64,000 nt of DNA from NCBI GenBank assembly GCA_900088475.1, contig FLMG01001283.1, positions 1 through 64,000 on the forward strand, written 5' to 3'. The notes beneath the pieces were generated by a model that was given only the letters and a program-made list of their open reading frames with translations, did no database searches and was not told where the DNA came from. How positions within the stretch are numbered: position 1 is the stretch's first letter; every line of letters starts with the position of its first letter. The position numbers were made by a program, and so were the translations under genes. Shown here in pieces: positions 49,503-64,000 of the stretch. The DNA comes from Hyphochytrium catenoides. Taxonomy: Eukaryota; Protista; Hyphochytriomycota.

Positions 49503-51146
49503 TGTCTTTGGATGTGTTTTACTCAGCACTCATTTCGTCCTCCTCACAGCAGTCGTCTTCCATGCCACACTCGTCGCCGCAAGGGCAGTCATCGCCACAG
49601 CAGTTGCATGAGCAGTCGCAGTCTTCAGCATGTCCGTGGCAGTCGCAGTCACACTCGTCTGGGTGATGGTGCATCCTCATGTTTACGATTGACGATCTTG
49701 AGTTATACTAGGTACAATTAGGTCTGACCTTGCGGAAGGAAATGACGAACTGAGGCTTTCTGTAGCCAGAAAGGACGGAATCTCTCCAGCCTCTGGTGGT
49801 GGGTTGCAGAGCAAGCGGTACAGACCAAAGGCAAGAAGGAACAGGACGAAGATCGCGGTCAGGCCAAATCTGAGTGCAACGGCCCTTCAAGTGTTCTTTT
49901 CTGCCTCCTCACCCCAGAGCAAGGAATCTTGCAAGGTCCTCGATAGATGTAAGACAAGGCATGAGAGACAGGGTGGGAATGACGCAGGGAGCGTGTTGAG
50001 GACGAGGTACAAGCGGAACAAGATGAGAGATAGGAGAGAGAGAAGAGAAGGGGAACACGGAGACTGAAGAGAGACGAAGTAGGGAGAGAACGAAGGGAGG
50101 ATCATGGGGACAGCAAGATGGGAGGAAGGTACGTATCAGGCGGCAAAGAGGAGGAGGAGGAGGAGGAGGGAAGAGGAGAAAGGACAATTTCTTCTCATCG
50201 TCAAAGAAGAACACAGATCTTCCGAATCTTTAACGATCAAGCCACTTAGAGCGTTATTCCTAATAGAGACGTTTCTATCCAGAAATCTCAAACTCAGTTT
50301 CTTGTTTCATCAGTGCCCTGTTCGTTGTCCACCATCTTGCTTTTGTACTCTGTACAGAGGGTGGATAGGCGAAATTTATAGGTCTCTCGTTATGTATGGT
50401 ACGGGGTGGGTGGGGGTTGACGGGTACGACAGAGGCACGCCCAGAGATTGCACAAACAACAGCAAACAACTAACAACGCAAGAGAGAAGACAATGACCCC
50501 ATGAAGACTGACGCTAGACTGACGACGCTAGTGACTTGATAATCGCTATTGAAGCGCTCATAGTTACCAATAAAGTTAACTTTTGGTGAACTGATTACTC
50601 GATTCAGGATTGATTCGGTCTTGAAGTGTCCTTGTTGATCTCTTTCAAAAGAAAAGTTGGAACGTCACGATCGGCGAGGCTTCAGACTTCAGACTCCTGG
50701 CGAAGACAGAGCTCTCGCTTTGCTTACTACTAGGGCTTTCTCAGCTTAATCGTTCCAGTTCTGCTCAACAAGGGCTGGTCATCTTGAGACCATTAGCCTC
50801 GCCTTCTGATCTTCGGGCGCACAGAAACACCCTACAGGTGCCTGATCTTGTCCTAGTGTTGACTACGTTGACCGAAATACTCAGGGAGGACTAGTAGACC
50901 TTGACACACTTGTTCGCTGTTTATGGACCCTAGTCTAACGTGTCCAGCCAACAACCCACGCCTTGCGACGAGGTCATAACCCTCAATCACCCTACTTCTT
51001 CCCCAGCATGATTGCAAAGCTGGCACTGTCCTCTACCCGCAGATGTTCTGCCCCTGCCAATAGACGCTCACAGTAGCTTATTGATGATTAATCGTGCCTA
51101 AGACTGCACTGGAGCCTTAGACCTGTTACTTTGGCTTGTGCTTGGA

Positions 51147-54100
51147 ATGGCAACTGAAGCTGTTACAGGTGATTATTTAATCAAAGGTCCTTATCGCTCA
51201 ATCTAACAGCTTTCATAGAGTACAGAGACCTCATCAGGGAGCTGTTGGAGGTAGACACTGAGGCAGTCACATTGCCACGAGCCTATAATCCACAGGTCAG
51301 CCGCCAGATCAAGCATCATTGCCCATGCTCCATAATATCGGTTTACACTCTCCTCTGTACAGGGTATTTCCTATCGCCGCGATTCAACTGAATCGTTAGA
51401 AGAGGGTCTACTCTCCCCTCTGCCCTCCAAGGATGACCACCAGGCTTCCAGGTCTCCCTCCCCGGCCGTCATCGAAGTATTAGTCCACGAAGCGGAGAGA
51501 AGCGACGCAGGCTCCAAAGCTGCCGAGAGGAGCCCAGCCTCCACAGTCTCTTATACTGAGATTGATTCGGTAGATGGAGAGGAGAAAAGAGTGGAATTAC
51601 CAGGAGAATCTCTGCGATTTACAGGAGGTTCACCGCGTTCTCCCTCCACCCGCCATTATGAGGCCCCTTCCAAGGCCATTATAGGGGCAATGACCCCCTC
51701 TCCCGTCAGCTCTAGAGGCCAAGCATCTTCTGAGCCTCGTTTGCTGAGAAGAAGGTTAGATACTACCCACAGTCCTTACTTTTTGCACCCCGAAGAAAGT
51801 ACTAATTCTTGCAATACTAGGAGTTCGGGTTTTGACTTCATCCAGCAAGCCGCGGAGGACCAGGGAAGCGAAGCGGTATGTAAGGTCATAGACACTTTGA
51901 GAGAAATGAAATAGAAGTTAGGGAGCGGGAATCAAGTTACCGAGCGCCCTTCGACGGTGGACTAGACGGAAATACCATAGCGAGAACGGGACTGCGAGAG
52001 AGGTAATGGCTAATCCCGTCTTTTAGTCTTTCAACCTACAATCGGAGGCGGACAGCAAAGAAATAGAGTCGCAGCTGACAGCTCTAGAGGGCATTTTGAG
52101 CAAGCAGAACCGTGATGTACTGGAGCATGTTCGGGTGCTGGTAGCTGCAGAGCGTGCACATCTCCAAGGCCAGGAGGAAGAAAGGGACAGGCAGAGGACA
52201 GCTGCCCACTCGATGGAACTAGAAAGCTTGCGGGTAATATTCTCTCTTCATCGAGTGACCCCGCGTCTTCTAATTGCTGACTACTTCTAGGAAGACCTCA
52301 CCGACCTGGCAGAGAGGTGTGGACAATTTGAGCGAATAGCAACAGTCCAGTCAAAGATCAAGCTAGCGTTGGCCGATTACGTTGGAGATAGAGTAAAGAA
52401 GATGGTAGGAGAGAACCCAAGAACAGAGCACCCTTTTCCAACTTCTAACCAATAGAGCATAGTAATGGGAGGAAAGTGGTAACGGGAGGCAATGGGCAAG
52501 GAGAGATGTTCTGTGGAGCAATCAGAGTATGGAAGAAAGGGAGAGTGATACAGGATAAGAAAAGGCTTTGGACACAATTGATGGTGAAAGTGGCTGGTGA
52601 GAGTGATTTGCCTTGAACAGTACAGGGGGTGGGACCCTAAGCCAGAAGCGGAACCAGCTGTTGGTGGTAAGAGGCCTCTAACATTAGACACCGTGTTCCC
52701 CTGCCTCTTAGGAGCATTTAATGAGGAAGCGGCGAGTATTCTCGGGTTGGACAGTATGGAAGGCTCGTAGTCGAAAGAAAACAATGGCCACACGGATAGC
52801 TATGTTGCACTACCAGAAGGTGGTACTCCAAATCTGTTCAACTCTCATCCTTTCTGACAACTTACCTTATAATCACCTTCCGATTATCTGGGGGAGCAGC
52901 GGCTCTTACAGACCATGTTTGCGGCTTGGAGGATCCAAGTGTGGAATCTTAAGAACGACAAGATTCAACAGCGCCTTCAGGTGGGATGATCTTTTTATCG
53001 AACCGATTGTTGACTGGGCTCATATCTCGGGCGCTATATAGGTGGACATCGAAGCAGCAAATAAAGGACTGAAGGCTGAATATGAGGATCGGATACGCAA
53101 GGTGCGAACAGAATCTTCTAGCGTCATTCTATATATTCAAGTCCCGTCATCTCTCTGCTGATTGATTGCGTCCGTATTTCAGTGCGGTCACTCAGAAACC
53201 GCAGGGCGTCTAACCGCCACTGCTCTGCTTAAACGTGCAGCTAGAAGAGGAGCTTGGTCATGCAAAGATAGAGATAGAGACCGGTAAACGAGCAAGAATA
53301 AAGCTGGTAAGGATGCCGCTCACTTCGGGCTGGTTATCTCACCATACACTCTTCATGTTAGCTTTCGGTTCCCTTTCACTTTTTCTAGTTGTTCGACATC
53401 TTCATTTAATATTTGATGCTTGAACTTTTCATTTTTTGTTCTGTCAGGAAGAGGATCTCAGAAGAGCCTTTCTGCGAGGTGTCTCCATTATGAACTTGGA
53501 AGCCCTCAACATTTTCAGAGCAGGGACGAGCTCAGCTGACACCACGACCGACAGCGCGGAAGTGGACAAGAACGTTGCAGAAAGAAAGGAAGATACTTCT
53601 ACTTCTCTCTCTCAGCCCATTGGTCCGTTAGAAGATCCTCTTCCCTCATCTTCATTGTTCACGGGTGGTAAGTAGACTATTGAAGGTCTATATTGTTACT
53701 TTAGCTAAGCTTGCTGACTCCTTTCGCGTGTCTTTAGGTGAAGAATACGCTTTCGTTGAAGAGGTCACAGAAGGCCTTCTGGGAGAAACTGCTCTAGACG
53801 ACATGTCCAATGGCCAATCGAGTCTTATCTATCCTCGATCTAGGAATAATGACCAGCCTGTTAATGGGATTGGTTCCTCTCTGGCAATGTAAGAAAATGG
53901 TCTCTTCCGCTTTAGTTTCAGTTATTGTCGTCTAAAAAGAATCCTCTCCCTGTCTTTCACTCTCTGCATCGCCTCCCTCTATTGCACACCCTATGAGAAG
54001 ACGTCACAGCCTTGGATATACCACGTCTGCGTCCCCCAAAAGAGTCGAACAACCACAAGAGGACGACGTGAACGAGGATGAGAGGGACCTCTCACTCTAT

Positions 54101-54526
54101 CTACCTTCAAGAAATTACTCACAACCGTCAATGCCAGTCAGTAGACCGTCGCTCCATACTGCGAAAGCGACTAACTCAAGCTTCGCCGATAGTAGAAGCG
54201 CAGCAAGGAAGAGAGATCCTGGCCGCGCTAGCCACCCTGTGCAAACCTCTACTTCCCAAAGTGGGCCGAGAAGCGCCTCTAATAGTCGCAACCATTCCTC
54301 GCTTTTCTTGCGACAATCCTCGTCCTCTCTTCCCGCTGGCCTCCCTGGCCAGTTTTCAGAAATAAAGGGTCTAGAGTTGGATTACAGAGAGACTACTGAA
54401 GACCAGCCTCGGCCTACGCCACGGCCGATCCCTCAAGCAGTGGCGAAGAAGACCATTATATCTTCTAGGAAATCGACGGGGACTTCCAGAGCCAGTCAAT
54501 CCGCACGAAGGGTGCTGACCCGATGA
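51147..54526 (+). CDS. POC5: Centriolar protein POC5-like
   Basis: Sfi1-like centrin-binding repeats (RKRRVFSGWTVWK; LLQTMFAAWR), coiled coils, and the POC5 box EEDLRRAFLRGVSIMNLEALNIF. Multi-exon; ATG 51147 is inferred. Confidence 0.82.
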
Positions 54527-54853
54527 GAAAGAGTTTCTTGGATAATGCTTTGATGCGGAAGCGGAGTTGGACCATAAGGACCAAAGGCCAGAGCTATATC
54601 TTTCTACCCATGAGACCTTGTGAGAGCATCAGGTCAATGGCTTCGCCCATTCTATGCTTTGGCTCGACATTTACATCTATACATTAATACCCATTTGAAA
54701 GGGCTCAAAAGTGCCCTGAAGTTGTTCATCGAATCTCAAGGGGTGGCAAGAAGACAGCGAAGAAGGGAAGGCGCAGGGATGACATAGCGCGACTAGGCAG
54801 ATTTCTATGTTATACATTATACAGAGGGAATATGAGTTACAAGGGCCGCCGTC

Positions 54854-57800
54854 ATCCTGGAACCTATGATCTCTACAAGCAAGAAAAAGAGTGTAAGGAC
54901 TCACTATAGCTTTATATGGGAAATATCGGTCATCCAGAATAACAAACTGATAGGAAGTGTGACGGATGAAGGAGGAGTTCTGGATGGAGATAAAGTAGGA
55001 TCGGTTGCCGACCTGATCGCTTGACCCGTTGCCCGTGGTGCTGTCCTTGTCCTCTGCGTCCTTGATCATTACTAGGAAGTCGGCGTCCACCTAGAAGGCA
55101 AGAAACATACAAGAGTAGAGACAAGCCCGTTATGGACAACGCTAAGAAGAGGAAGAGCAATGGAGGCACTCCAAGATGTAGACAAGAGAACGGTTTGGCT
55201 AAAAGTTCGGGTTCAATGACACAATAACGCAATGGAGGAGAAACAATAGAAGGTCCAAATATGAGCGGAGAGGCCAGGATCAATCAGAACTTTGGTCGTA
55301 CCTTTCTTAGAAGCTCTTCCATCTTGTCATCTTTCTCTGTTGTGGCTGCATTCTCTTCTTGCTGAGCATCATAGGCAGCCCTAGAGATGATCCCAAGAAT
55401 TAGGGACCCAGAAGACAACCAAACTGGAAGTCGTGGCTAGCAGTACCTCTTTCTCCTAAGGTCTCGTTCTCTAATTTCCAGATTCTTCTCTCTCTTGGTC
55501 TCTCTCTCTAGCATTGACGCAATGGCCGCTTTCTCATTCGCCTGCTGGACTGCAAGCCCCTCGGACACCTAAATTGAGAAGAAGACGGAGATCTAAATGG
55601 CAGAACGCCGGGACAATTGAACAAGAGAGGCATATGCCTGGGATAATGCACTCTTGGGATCAGAGGATCAATATATGCTCCAACGACATCAAAACAAACA
55701 GGAAAGAGGACTCAAAGTTTTTAGCCCATAGAAATAGTGGGACGAATCTTACCTCTAGCAGTGAAACCATGCCATTCTCATCACCCACCGCCACTAGCCT
55801 TCCGCCACTGGCGCTGTTTCCCTGTACGCAGATCGAAGAGAGGCCGGCATCGCTGACCTTGTGTGAATATGCTACCTCATTCTGGCGATAATGATAGTCC
55901 CAAATATCCACCACTCCGTCCATCCGTGTTACAAAGAAGACTCCGGCCCTGGTAGGTGACCAGCATGCTGCTGTGAGGTATGACTCATGGTACGTTGTGC
56001 TCATGATTGGACTCTTGATGTCCTCAGACCACATCTTAGCGGTCCAGTCCCCAACAGTGAGGAAGTACTTGTTATGCGTAGGATTGCGCTGTAGGGAGGA
56101 AGAGGTACGGTCTTTAGAGATACTAGAGAGTGTACGCTGGACTCTGTTCAACGTTGACAAATGCCAAGGAAGATAGGCACCAAACAAAATCCCAGCAAGG
56201 CCTGCTTAAGAACTTGACTTCTATGAGGAGAAAGAAAGCGGAAAGAGAAAGAGAGAAGAGCGGAGGCATGAAAGACTTCGCGCCAACCTGGATAGAGTAG
56301 ATGGGTCCATGATGCTTCCCTGGTCCGTTATCGTAGACCGTGATCCCGTTATTCTGCTTCCTGTTCCTCAGATTGATGGACATGACCACACCCTGTTCCG
56401 TTCCCACAAGATATTTAGTCGGCCCTGCTTCAGTGTTATACTCTAACGAACTGCCGCCCAGGATGTTGCCTTCAGCCTCCAGAAGGAGAGAGTCTGTAGG
56501 TTCTCTAACAAGGGACGACTATTAGCCGGGGAGATGGGCCAAGGGTAAAGCAAACGACAGCCGAACAAAGTGAAGGAAACAGCTGATGCTGCAGGACCAG
56601 TCAAGCGATCAGAGAACAGATCAATATCGATAGGAGTCAGCGAACAAGAAGAGACTGCCAAAATTATCAAGACGTGTGCCTAGACAAAGAGAAACAACGA
56701 AGAGACAGCGCCTCCACATCACAATGACAAGAGAAAGAAACGAAGGACCAGTTCTTCTGCTAGTTCGGCATTCGAGGAGCCAGTTTGCCTATCTCTTTCT
56801 TACCCTAGCCTCCTAGTATCCCACCAAAGCATCTGTCCGTCAGTGGAGACGCTGACGCACTGGTTTCCCGTCTTTGATGAAATCCAGTAAACATCATACA
56901 CAGGATCGTGATGGCTCTTCTCAATGATTGAAGTCTCAACGGGGCTTGTGCCCTTTCGCAGATCGAAGAAAGAGATGAGGCCATTATAGCTGCCCCCAAC
57001 TATGGAATCAGGAGACTTTGGGTTGAAGCGCATGCAGACTAACGGAGAAGCAGGCTTCAGGGTCTTATCAGGAGTGTTTGGGTTGAGGATGTCCCAGATA
57101 TAGGATGCTCTAGGTTAGGCGTGGAGAATCCATGGAGGACAAGAGCCGGAAGGCAGCACGATCCCACCAAGACGAGACAGCAGCGAGCAAAGGGAAGAAG
57201 CAAGGTGAAAACGGAGAGAAAATGAATAAGAAGGCGGGTCGGTTAGTTGAAGCTTGACAGACAGTCCCAGAAGACGAAATGGTGCATGGGCATGAAGGTG
57301 GTCAAATAGAGAAGTCATATCTTCACCATGGTGTCAGACAAAGACTATCAAGGACCACCGAGGGGTGAGAAGACGATGAAAGGAGGGGTTATTATGAAAG
57401 CGAACCCCGATGAATTGAAGTGCCGATAGTCCAGAAGAGTTATTGGGAGCTCCAAGGCCTCAATCGGACCCTCGAAGACTTCCTCCGCTCACCTGGGCAT
57501 ACTATGAGTTGTGAAACGGGGATCCTGAAAGGTGAGGAAGGAGTACGAGGCGGCGATCTTGTTTGGATTCTCCGGATGCCAGTCAATATTTGTCACTGTG
57601 CGCTTGATCTGGTTCGGGTCACGGAAGACAGCCAGTCCTTTGGCGCTGGGAGGCTCAACCTCGACATCAACCGCGTCTCCCTCAAAGTAATCGTCATAGA
57701 TATCGATCGTGTTATTTTGCTTTAGGCAGCGGTCAATGATGGGGCCCAGCATCTTGACGGAGAGCTTATAGTCTGCATGTTACCATGAGGAAGATTAGCC

Positions 57801-58296
57801 CGGAACAAGCTTAGAGCACACGGAGGAGAGCTACTCAGGGTGGCCACTTCACGCAACAAGGCGGAAAGGGATTAACAAGCGAGAGGAGATCAACTATGAT
57901 AAGCTAAGGTACAATGATAGTACCGTCATCCTTCTCAGCCTTCTTTCTGAATCGATTGACGTCACTCTGCTCTGTGGGGTCTACGTCCTTAGGCCATCCG
58001 CCCTCAATGTGCCGCATGCTGCTGTTCTTGGTGACTAGGCGCTCTGTGTTTACCTCATGCTCAGAGTAGTCAGGCGTTGTCGCGAGGTTAGCGATAGAAG
58101 GTTGGCGTTTAACATAATTCTTTTCAAACTCATCCGTAGAGGGAACAGAATCGATTATCCTGTAGCGTCGGTGAGTTACACTGCGCGTTAATGAGCTTAG
58201 ATCTGTTGCCCTGGCTTACCTGGCCTCGTAATCAGAGAACTTAACCTGCTTGCCGAACTCACTCCTCGACTTCGTATAGAGATAGGCTACTTCCAT
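54854..58296 (-). CDS. DNAI2: Axonemal outer-arm dynein intermediate chain 2 (IC69/ODA6 orthologue); C-terminal end approximate
   Basis: MEVAYLYTKSRSEFGKQVKF; MRHIEGGWPKDVD; CLKQNNTIDIYDDYF; VFRDPNQIKRTVTNIDWHPE; SHHDPVYDVYWISSKTG; LVGTEQG; LQRNPTHNKYFLTVGDW; WSPTRAGVFF. Confidence 0.95.
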
Positions 58297-59149
58297 CGTG
58301 CGTATGTCGATGCCAGTAGCCGACTACTTAGGTGGATGATGGGTGAAGGAGAAGGTGGAGTAAGCTCGCCGTTCCGCGAGTGTACCTATCTGAAATAGCG
58401 GCTCCTCGGCGAACGACGGTGGGCGAAGGAACGCTTCCAGTTCTCAGGCCCCTCTGCTGTCTTCAGTCTACGTGTCAATGGAGACCAGGAGCGAGGTCAA
58501 GGGAGAAAGCCTTCGGTTGAGGTCGATGAAGCTTCATCGGACCTTCATCAGACGCGGACTATGAAGCTCCCAGATGCTGCCGCTCCGCCGTCTTCCTTGA
58601 CACTTTGCGTCGGTTCGCCCTGCCGCCTTACTACGGCGCCCTGTAATAGTTTTATAGGTTATTTGTATGTCTTGGGGCCCGACTATTACTACTGGTCATA
58701 CATATTAGGGATAGTGGCTTTGCGTTCCGCTTAGAGCCTTCAGCTATTCCTGATACCGCTCTAAATCCCTCAGGGTGATGCTTCTGATGTTTTGCATACA
58801 TCTTCCAAGAAGTTTAGCCATTGTTGCTCTTCTGATCTTCAGTGTCACGTCTTGAGTCAAGCGAGCCTACCTGGTCATGGTAGAAGATGCGCGATGGGGG
58901 AACGAACCTGCAAGGTCCGGTCTCTAGTCAAGCTTATGCCATAGGGGAGGTTATGTCTGGTGGGAACAGACACGGTGCGGTAGCAAGGTTAGGATGACTA
59001 CGATATAGACTTCTGCATGATAGAGGTCCCCAAGGTAATTACGAGCTTTTGATGGAGCAGGCTCTATACCTGACCGCTAAGGAGATCCAAGGTGCATGTG
59101 AAGAGCAGCACAAGTTATCAAAACTTCCAACCATTTCAGACCGCCAGGC

Positions 59150-59860
59150 ATGACCTTGAGGACAGCTTCGCCAACGACTACTGACAGCTCATCGTGGTGG
59201 TCATTAGAGCGTGTCAGGATGAGACCACCCCACACCACTTTCCCGGCAAGAAGCTATCCGCTAGACTGGCGCTCCCTCCTGCGTCTAGTCGTAGCAGGTG
59301 TCATCATTGCTTTTCATTTCGTCAACCTGTTGGTAACTGGGCCCAGAAGGCCAGTGCAGGAAATGTACAGCAGATACCTGTTGCTGGTTAACATGTTAGG
59401 GTTCTTCATCACTTGGTTTGACAAACAGATTGCAATATCGGGAGGAGGGAAGTCTCAGCGAGCTAGACCCAGGTTCGCATCTCTTGCTTACTTGTTTCAG
59501 CGGATCCCAGAAACGGCGTTGCATTTCCTAGTGTTTCTGGGAGGATGGCCAGGCTGTTCGATGGCTCAAGTATTGTCCCGTCATAAGATTCGAAAAGCAA
59601 GCTTCCAGGTTGTCATGGCAGCGTGCTCCATCGCTCATCATCAGATTCTTTACTTTGTCTTCACTCCAGCGCTCTGCGGTGTACTAGAAGAACTTGGTGA
59701 TGCACGCGGTACCTGCGTGCTGGCGAAGGCATGGTATCTGATGGTACAAGTGCTCGGCTATTATCTTTGGACAGAACTTGCCATCGCATCCTTTGGTTGG
59801 CTATTTTCAGTACCCGAGGTAAAGTTTGGGGCACGCAAAGAAGGGTTTAGAAGGGATTAA
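59150..59860 (+). CDS. DUF1294 family membrane protein
   Basis: YLLLVNMLGFFITWFDKQIA...QRIPETALHFLVFLGGWPGCSMAQVLSRHKIRKASFQ. Confidence 0.85.
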   Translation: MTLRTASPTTTDSSSWWSLERVRMRPPHTTFPARSYPLDWRSLLRLVVAGVIIAFHFVNLLVTGPRRPVQEMYSRYLLLVNMLGFFITWFDKQIAISGGGKSQRARPRFASLAYLFQRIPETALHFLVFLGGWPGCSMAQVLSRHKIRKASFQVVMAACSIAHHQILYFVFTPALCGVLEELGDARGTCVLAKAWYLMVQVLGYYLWTELAIASFGWLFSVPEVKFGARKEGFRRD

Positions 59861-61736
59861 CGGATGACGACTGCGGCAGTTCCAGCTTCCTTTCCTTCCA
59901 GGTGAAGGAGGCTGCAAGCGCCGTTGTCCGTCCCGAATAGCAACTGTCGTAGCTTAAGCCAATTGAGGCAAAGTGAATGGGCAAACCGAACAAGGCAGGC
60001 TGCCCATTTGCAGAAAGGCATTCCGTTAGTCTACTGACAGAGCATGAATTGGACATACACCCCACGCTTAGATTCAACACTTTAGAGGAGGCATGCAAAG
60101 TTTATCCTGACTACCCCTGGGCTTCTGGCCCCGTGAATGGCGGGCAGTCACGGGAACAATTGTCGTAGTAGGTATGGCATGAAGTTCGGATCAGATCCAC
60201 CACAGTTCTCATCGTAACGTGATGGAAGTGCCGACGACGGCGACTATTTTCGTCATTGTTAAATTGACCTCATACATTCTTGTGGTTTGTTGTCTTATGC
60301 GTTGATGTGTTTGCATGACAACAGGTGTGGCCTCCTTCTCCGAGGATTCACCTGTGACTTGGGGAATAAATATCTGATAGTGTCTCTAAAAGGTCGGTGG
60401 CTAACTAAGGTTAACGATTATTCCCTGCTGACAATAATACTATTTATCCATCCGGTGGCTGCTGCCTTCTTTCGTCATTTCTCTCTGTTCCGAACGATAA
60501 CAATGACGAGAAGACGGGAACATCTTTAGAAGCCAATCTAATACGGTAGCGTACCTCTACTGCTTTGATAGATGCTTCTGGTCCGCCGTTGTTGCTATTG
60601 GCACGGTGCGGAGGGCTATCTACCTCTAGGGAACAAAACAAGAAACATATTTAGAGAATAATATGAGGAGTAAGTCAGCAACAACTCTAAAACCCGGCTC
60701 GGTCTGCTTCACCTCCTTCTTCCTTTCTCTCTCTCTCTCTGGTCTCTCTCTCTCTTCTGGAGGATGCTGCTATTTCTAAGGGAAGCTGCTGCCCTCACAG
60801 TAGTCTTACTCTTCTAAGAACGTGTTTTATCTGTTTCACTCTAGGTCTTATCATCATCATGTTATTTATTGATAAAAGTCCATGCATGCCGGCTATCAAG
60901 GTCATTCGTCTGAGAATTCCAAGATGAGAGTTATGAGGCTCGTTGTAAGGCTGGGGGGCTGCAATTTGCGGCGTTAGTCTATAGTCTTTATTCGGAAGGA
61001 GCTATGCCTTGTGACCTCGCCTGTGCGCAGCAGCGGCTTTTTGAAGCTTCAAGTGGTCGCTCTTCACTTGATGCTTCTCGCCATTTCGGGTCATGGTCTA
61101 ATTTGGTGGTGATGGATGGCTTTTTAAAAATAAAGTCAGTCTTCATAGTAGAGTCCCTTATTATCCGTCAGCTATGGAGGAAATTGCGTATTCCACTTAC
61201 AGCATGTGGACTACTCTTGCCTGCTTGCCTCGTCGGGTGATGGTCTTGGCGCTTCATCTTCTCATCATCCTCCTTCTCGTATTGCTACATTGTTACTGCC
61301 AAGGGCATCATCATTGATACTTCCTTATGTTATTATGATAATGATGGTGGCGACGCCGGAGCAATAATAATGAAAAAGACCCCTTCTTTCTGGGTTCATT
61401 TCAGAAGAATCATGAAATCGTTGTTGTTATACGTAGTACGGTACTTTATACAGAGTACGGAGTAAATTTTGTTGTGTTCGAGGCTGTTAGTTACTAGCGT
61501 CTAGTTATTTTTGGTTCTACTATGTTTTACCGGCTAACCGATGTTGGCTGGGACGAAGGATTGGTGGCTGTGAGTTATTCCTAGGAGCGAGAGGGCTGGT
61601 GTCTCGTTCTAGTTGGCTTCCTATGGCGGTCCGCGCCGCTTGCTGAGCTTTGCTGCGCCCTCTGTATGTTGCGGTTTACTTCCGGCAGTGCTGTCCTTCA
61701 CAACTCGTGTCGCATCGAAGCTCAAAGTCAAGCACC

Positions 61737-62617
<881 letters not shown>

Positions 62618-63594
62618 ATGCTCGGCAGAAGGATGATAGCCAAGCTTCACATTAATAAAGCTGCGACATGCACCCTATTGGTCTTACTGTGAACCGTCTT
62701 TGCTCATTATGCATGCAGTTGAATATCTGGTCGTTTTAGACCTGTCAGGAGGACTATTCCTAGCCAGAGCGTAGGGTGGTTTCTATTGAGAAATGAGGCA
62801 GAGGCGGCATCTTTAGAGAAAGCTCAGGACGGTATCCATAACCGGGCCATCCCGGAAGCCAGTGGCATGTTTACTGCTTTGCCTCCTGATGAAGTTATCG
62901 ATTAAGTCCATCTATTGGTCCACGATTTCCTGGCCTCTTCCATCCTTATCCCTATGTTCCTGCGCTCTACCAAGCATCATCCTTTCACATCGCAGTTATT
63001 ACATTATGCTTGTTGAGCAAGGGGCCTGTCTGGTCAGGAGGTTGATGCAGAAGCCTGGACCGGTTATCTGCCATGACTGAGATGGCATCAAGCCATCTTT
63101 CTAAGAGTTGGGCCCTAGCCCAGTACTGTAGCCTATAATCCCATACATAGGACTAGACTCCACACTGTCCTTTTATCACTCAGCAGCCAGAGAGTTCTTA
63201 TTTTCAATGAGGGTTTCCAATTAATGAAATGTTTCGCTGTGGAAGTCGGTATGAATAACTGAAGAAATATTGTTTCTTCCGAGGAAGAAAGGTTTGAAAC
63301 TTATGGAAGAGAGATTTGGAGCTGTACAGTTTTGGTGTGTCATCCCCATCAACAGCTCTCTCTCCCTCTTCTCTCAGCTCATCATCATCATCAAGAAGCC
63401 TTCAACCCCGTTAGTTCTTTGGACAGCTAGGAAGTCCATCAGGAAGCTTCTTCTTGGTGCTTCGCTATGGCCTTCTGCTGACCTTTCACCTGCTGGTTGG
63501 ACGCCATCACCCATCACCCAGCACGCAGCGCAACGGTGCACCTCAAAAGGGCAAACTTTATCGACAGGAAGAGGATAGAAACGGCACCAGTGCT

Positions 63595-63642
63595 GACATC
63601 CCATCATCCAGACATCCCGTCATCCAGACTTCCCATCATCCA
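63595..63642 (+). repeat. 3 x 16-bp tandem repeat GACATCCCATCATCCA upstream of the ADA start
   Basis: Units at 63595-63610, 63611-63626 and 63627-63642. Confidence 0.9.
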
Positions 63643-63702
63643 GTTTCCTTTCTGACACGTAGTAGACAGTGCTCCTCTCCGCGCATTGGAAAGAAGCCAA
63701 TT

Positions 63703-64000
63703 ATGAGCGGTGTTATCCGTTTTCGCTCCTCCTCAGGCAACTTAGACAGCGTTATTCCTCATGTGCCCAACTCAAGGTTCTCGGATGCATTCCTCCAAGC
63801 CATTCCTAAGACGGTACTCGTTGGCTCCCTTGCATCGGACACACCTTATGCCTGCGTTCAATTAATGCAATACTCTCTATAGGACCTCCACCTTCACTTA
63901 GATGGCTCACTGAGGATCGAAACTATCATTGAGCTAGCGCAGAAATACAACGTCGCTCTACCTGGGTACACAGTGGCAGAGATGAAGGAGAAGGTGTTTA
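63703..64000 (+). CDS. ADA: Adenosine/adenine deaminase (amidohydrolase fold), 5' part only
   Basis: FLQAIPKT|DLHLHLDGSLRIETIIELAQK with the HxH metal motif; intron 63814-63882. Confidence 0.9.

Noticed and set aside
59445-59500. 17-aa insertion in DUF1294 as a non-canonical intron
   Set aside because: It has an acceptor-like end (ttgtttcag), but no donor gives a convincing in-phase intron, and the ORF is open without splicing. Undecidable without RNA data.

Overview
Gene-dense, intron-rich eukaryotic nuclear DNA from a flagellated protist, probably a stramenopile. That assignment is inferred from the uL23, SDH3/SDH4, outer-arm dynein IC and POC5 sequences. Introns are mostly short GT-AG, and there is one 52-nt scaffold gap (28223-28274). 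Gene order: NBAS/Sec39 (-, runs off the left edge); an unknown repeat protein (-); Det1/AT74-like histidine phosphatase (+); SDH3 (-) head-to-head with SDH4 (+); a Cys-less Ubc12-like pseudo-E2 (-); METTL21-type methyltransferase (+); an intronless OTT_1508-like deaminase (-); cyclin Q/L-type (+); an 84-aa PDCD4/Stf2-motif microprotein (-); ING (-); a decayed intronless block (ARM gene, KUP transporter pseudogene, Ty3/Gypsy RNase H relic); an unknown protein (-); trypsin (-); KIAA1328/hinderin-like (+); TTC38 (-); POC5 (+); DNAI2 (-); DUF1294 (+); RPL23A (+); adenosine deaminase (+, runs off the right edge). Main highlights: (1) the toxin/effector-type OTT_1508-like deaminase with an intact HAE...SKKCCAHC site, sitting intronless among intron-rich genes; (2) a stand-alone microprotein that is essentially the PDCD4 40S-binding motif without MA3 domains; (3) a clear U12-type AT-AC intron; (4) the divergent SDH3/SDH4 pair; (5) the catalytically dead E2; (6) a candidate intronic snoRNA in RPL23A. 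All family calls are motif recognition by eye and no searches were run. Exon boundaries were worked out by hand, and several gene ends are approximate.
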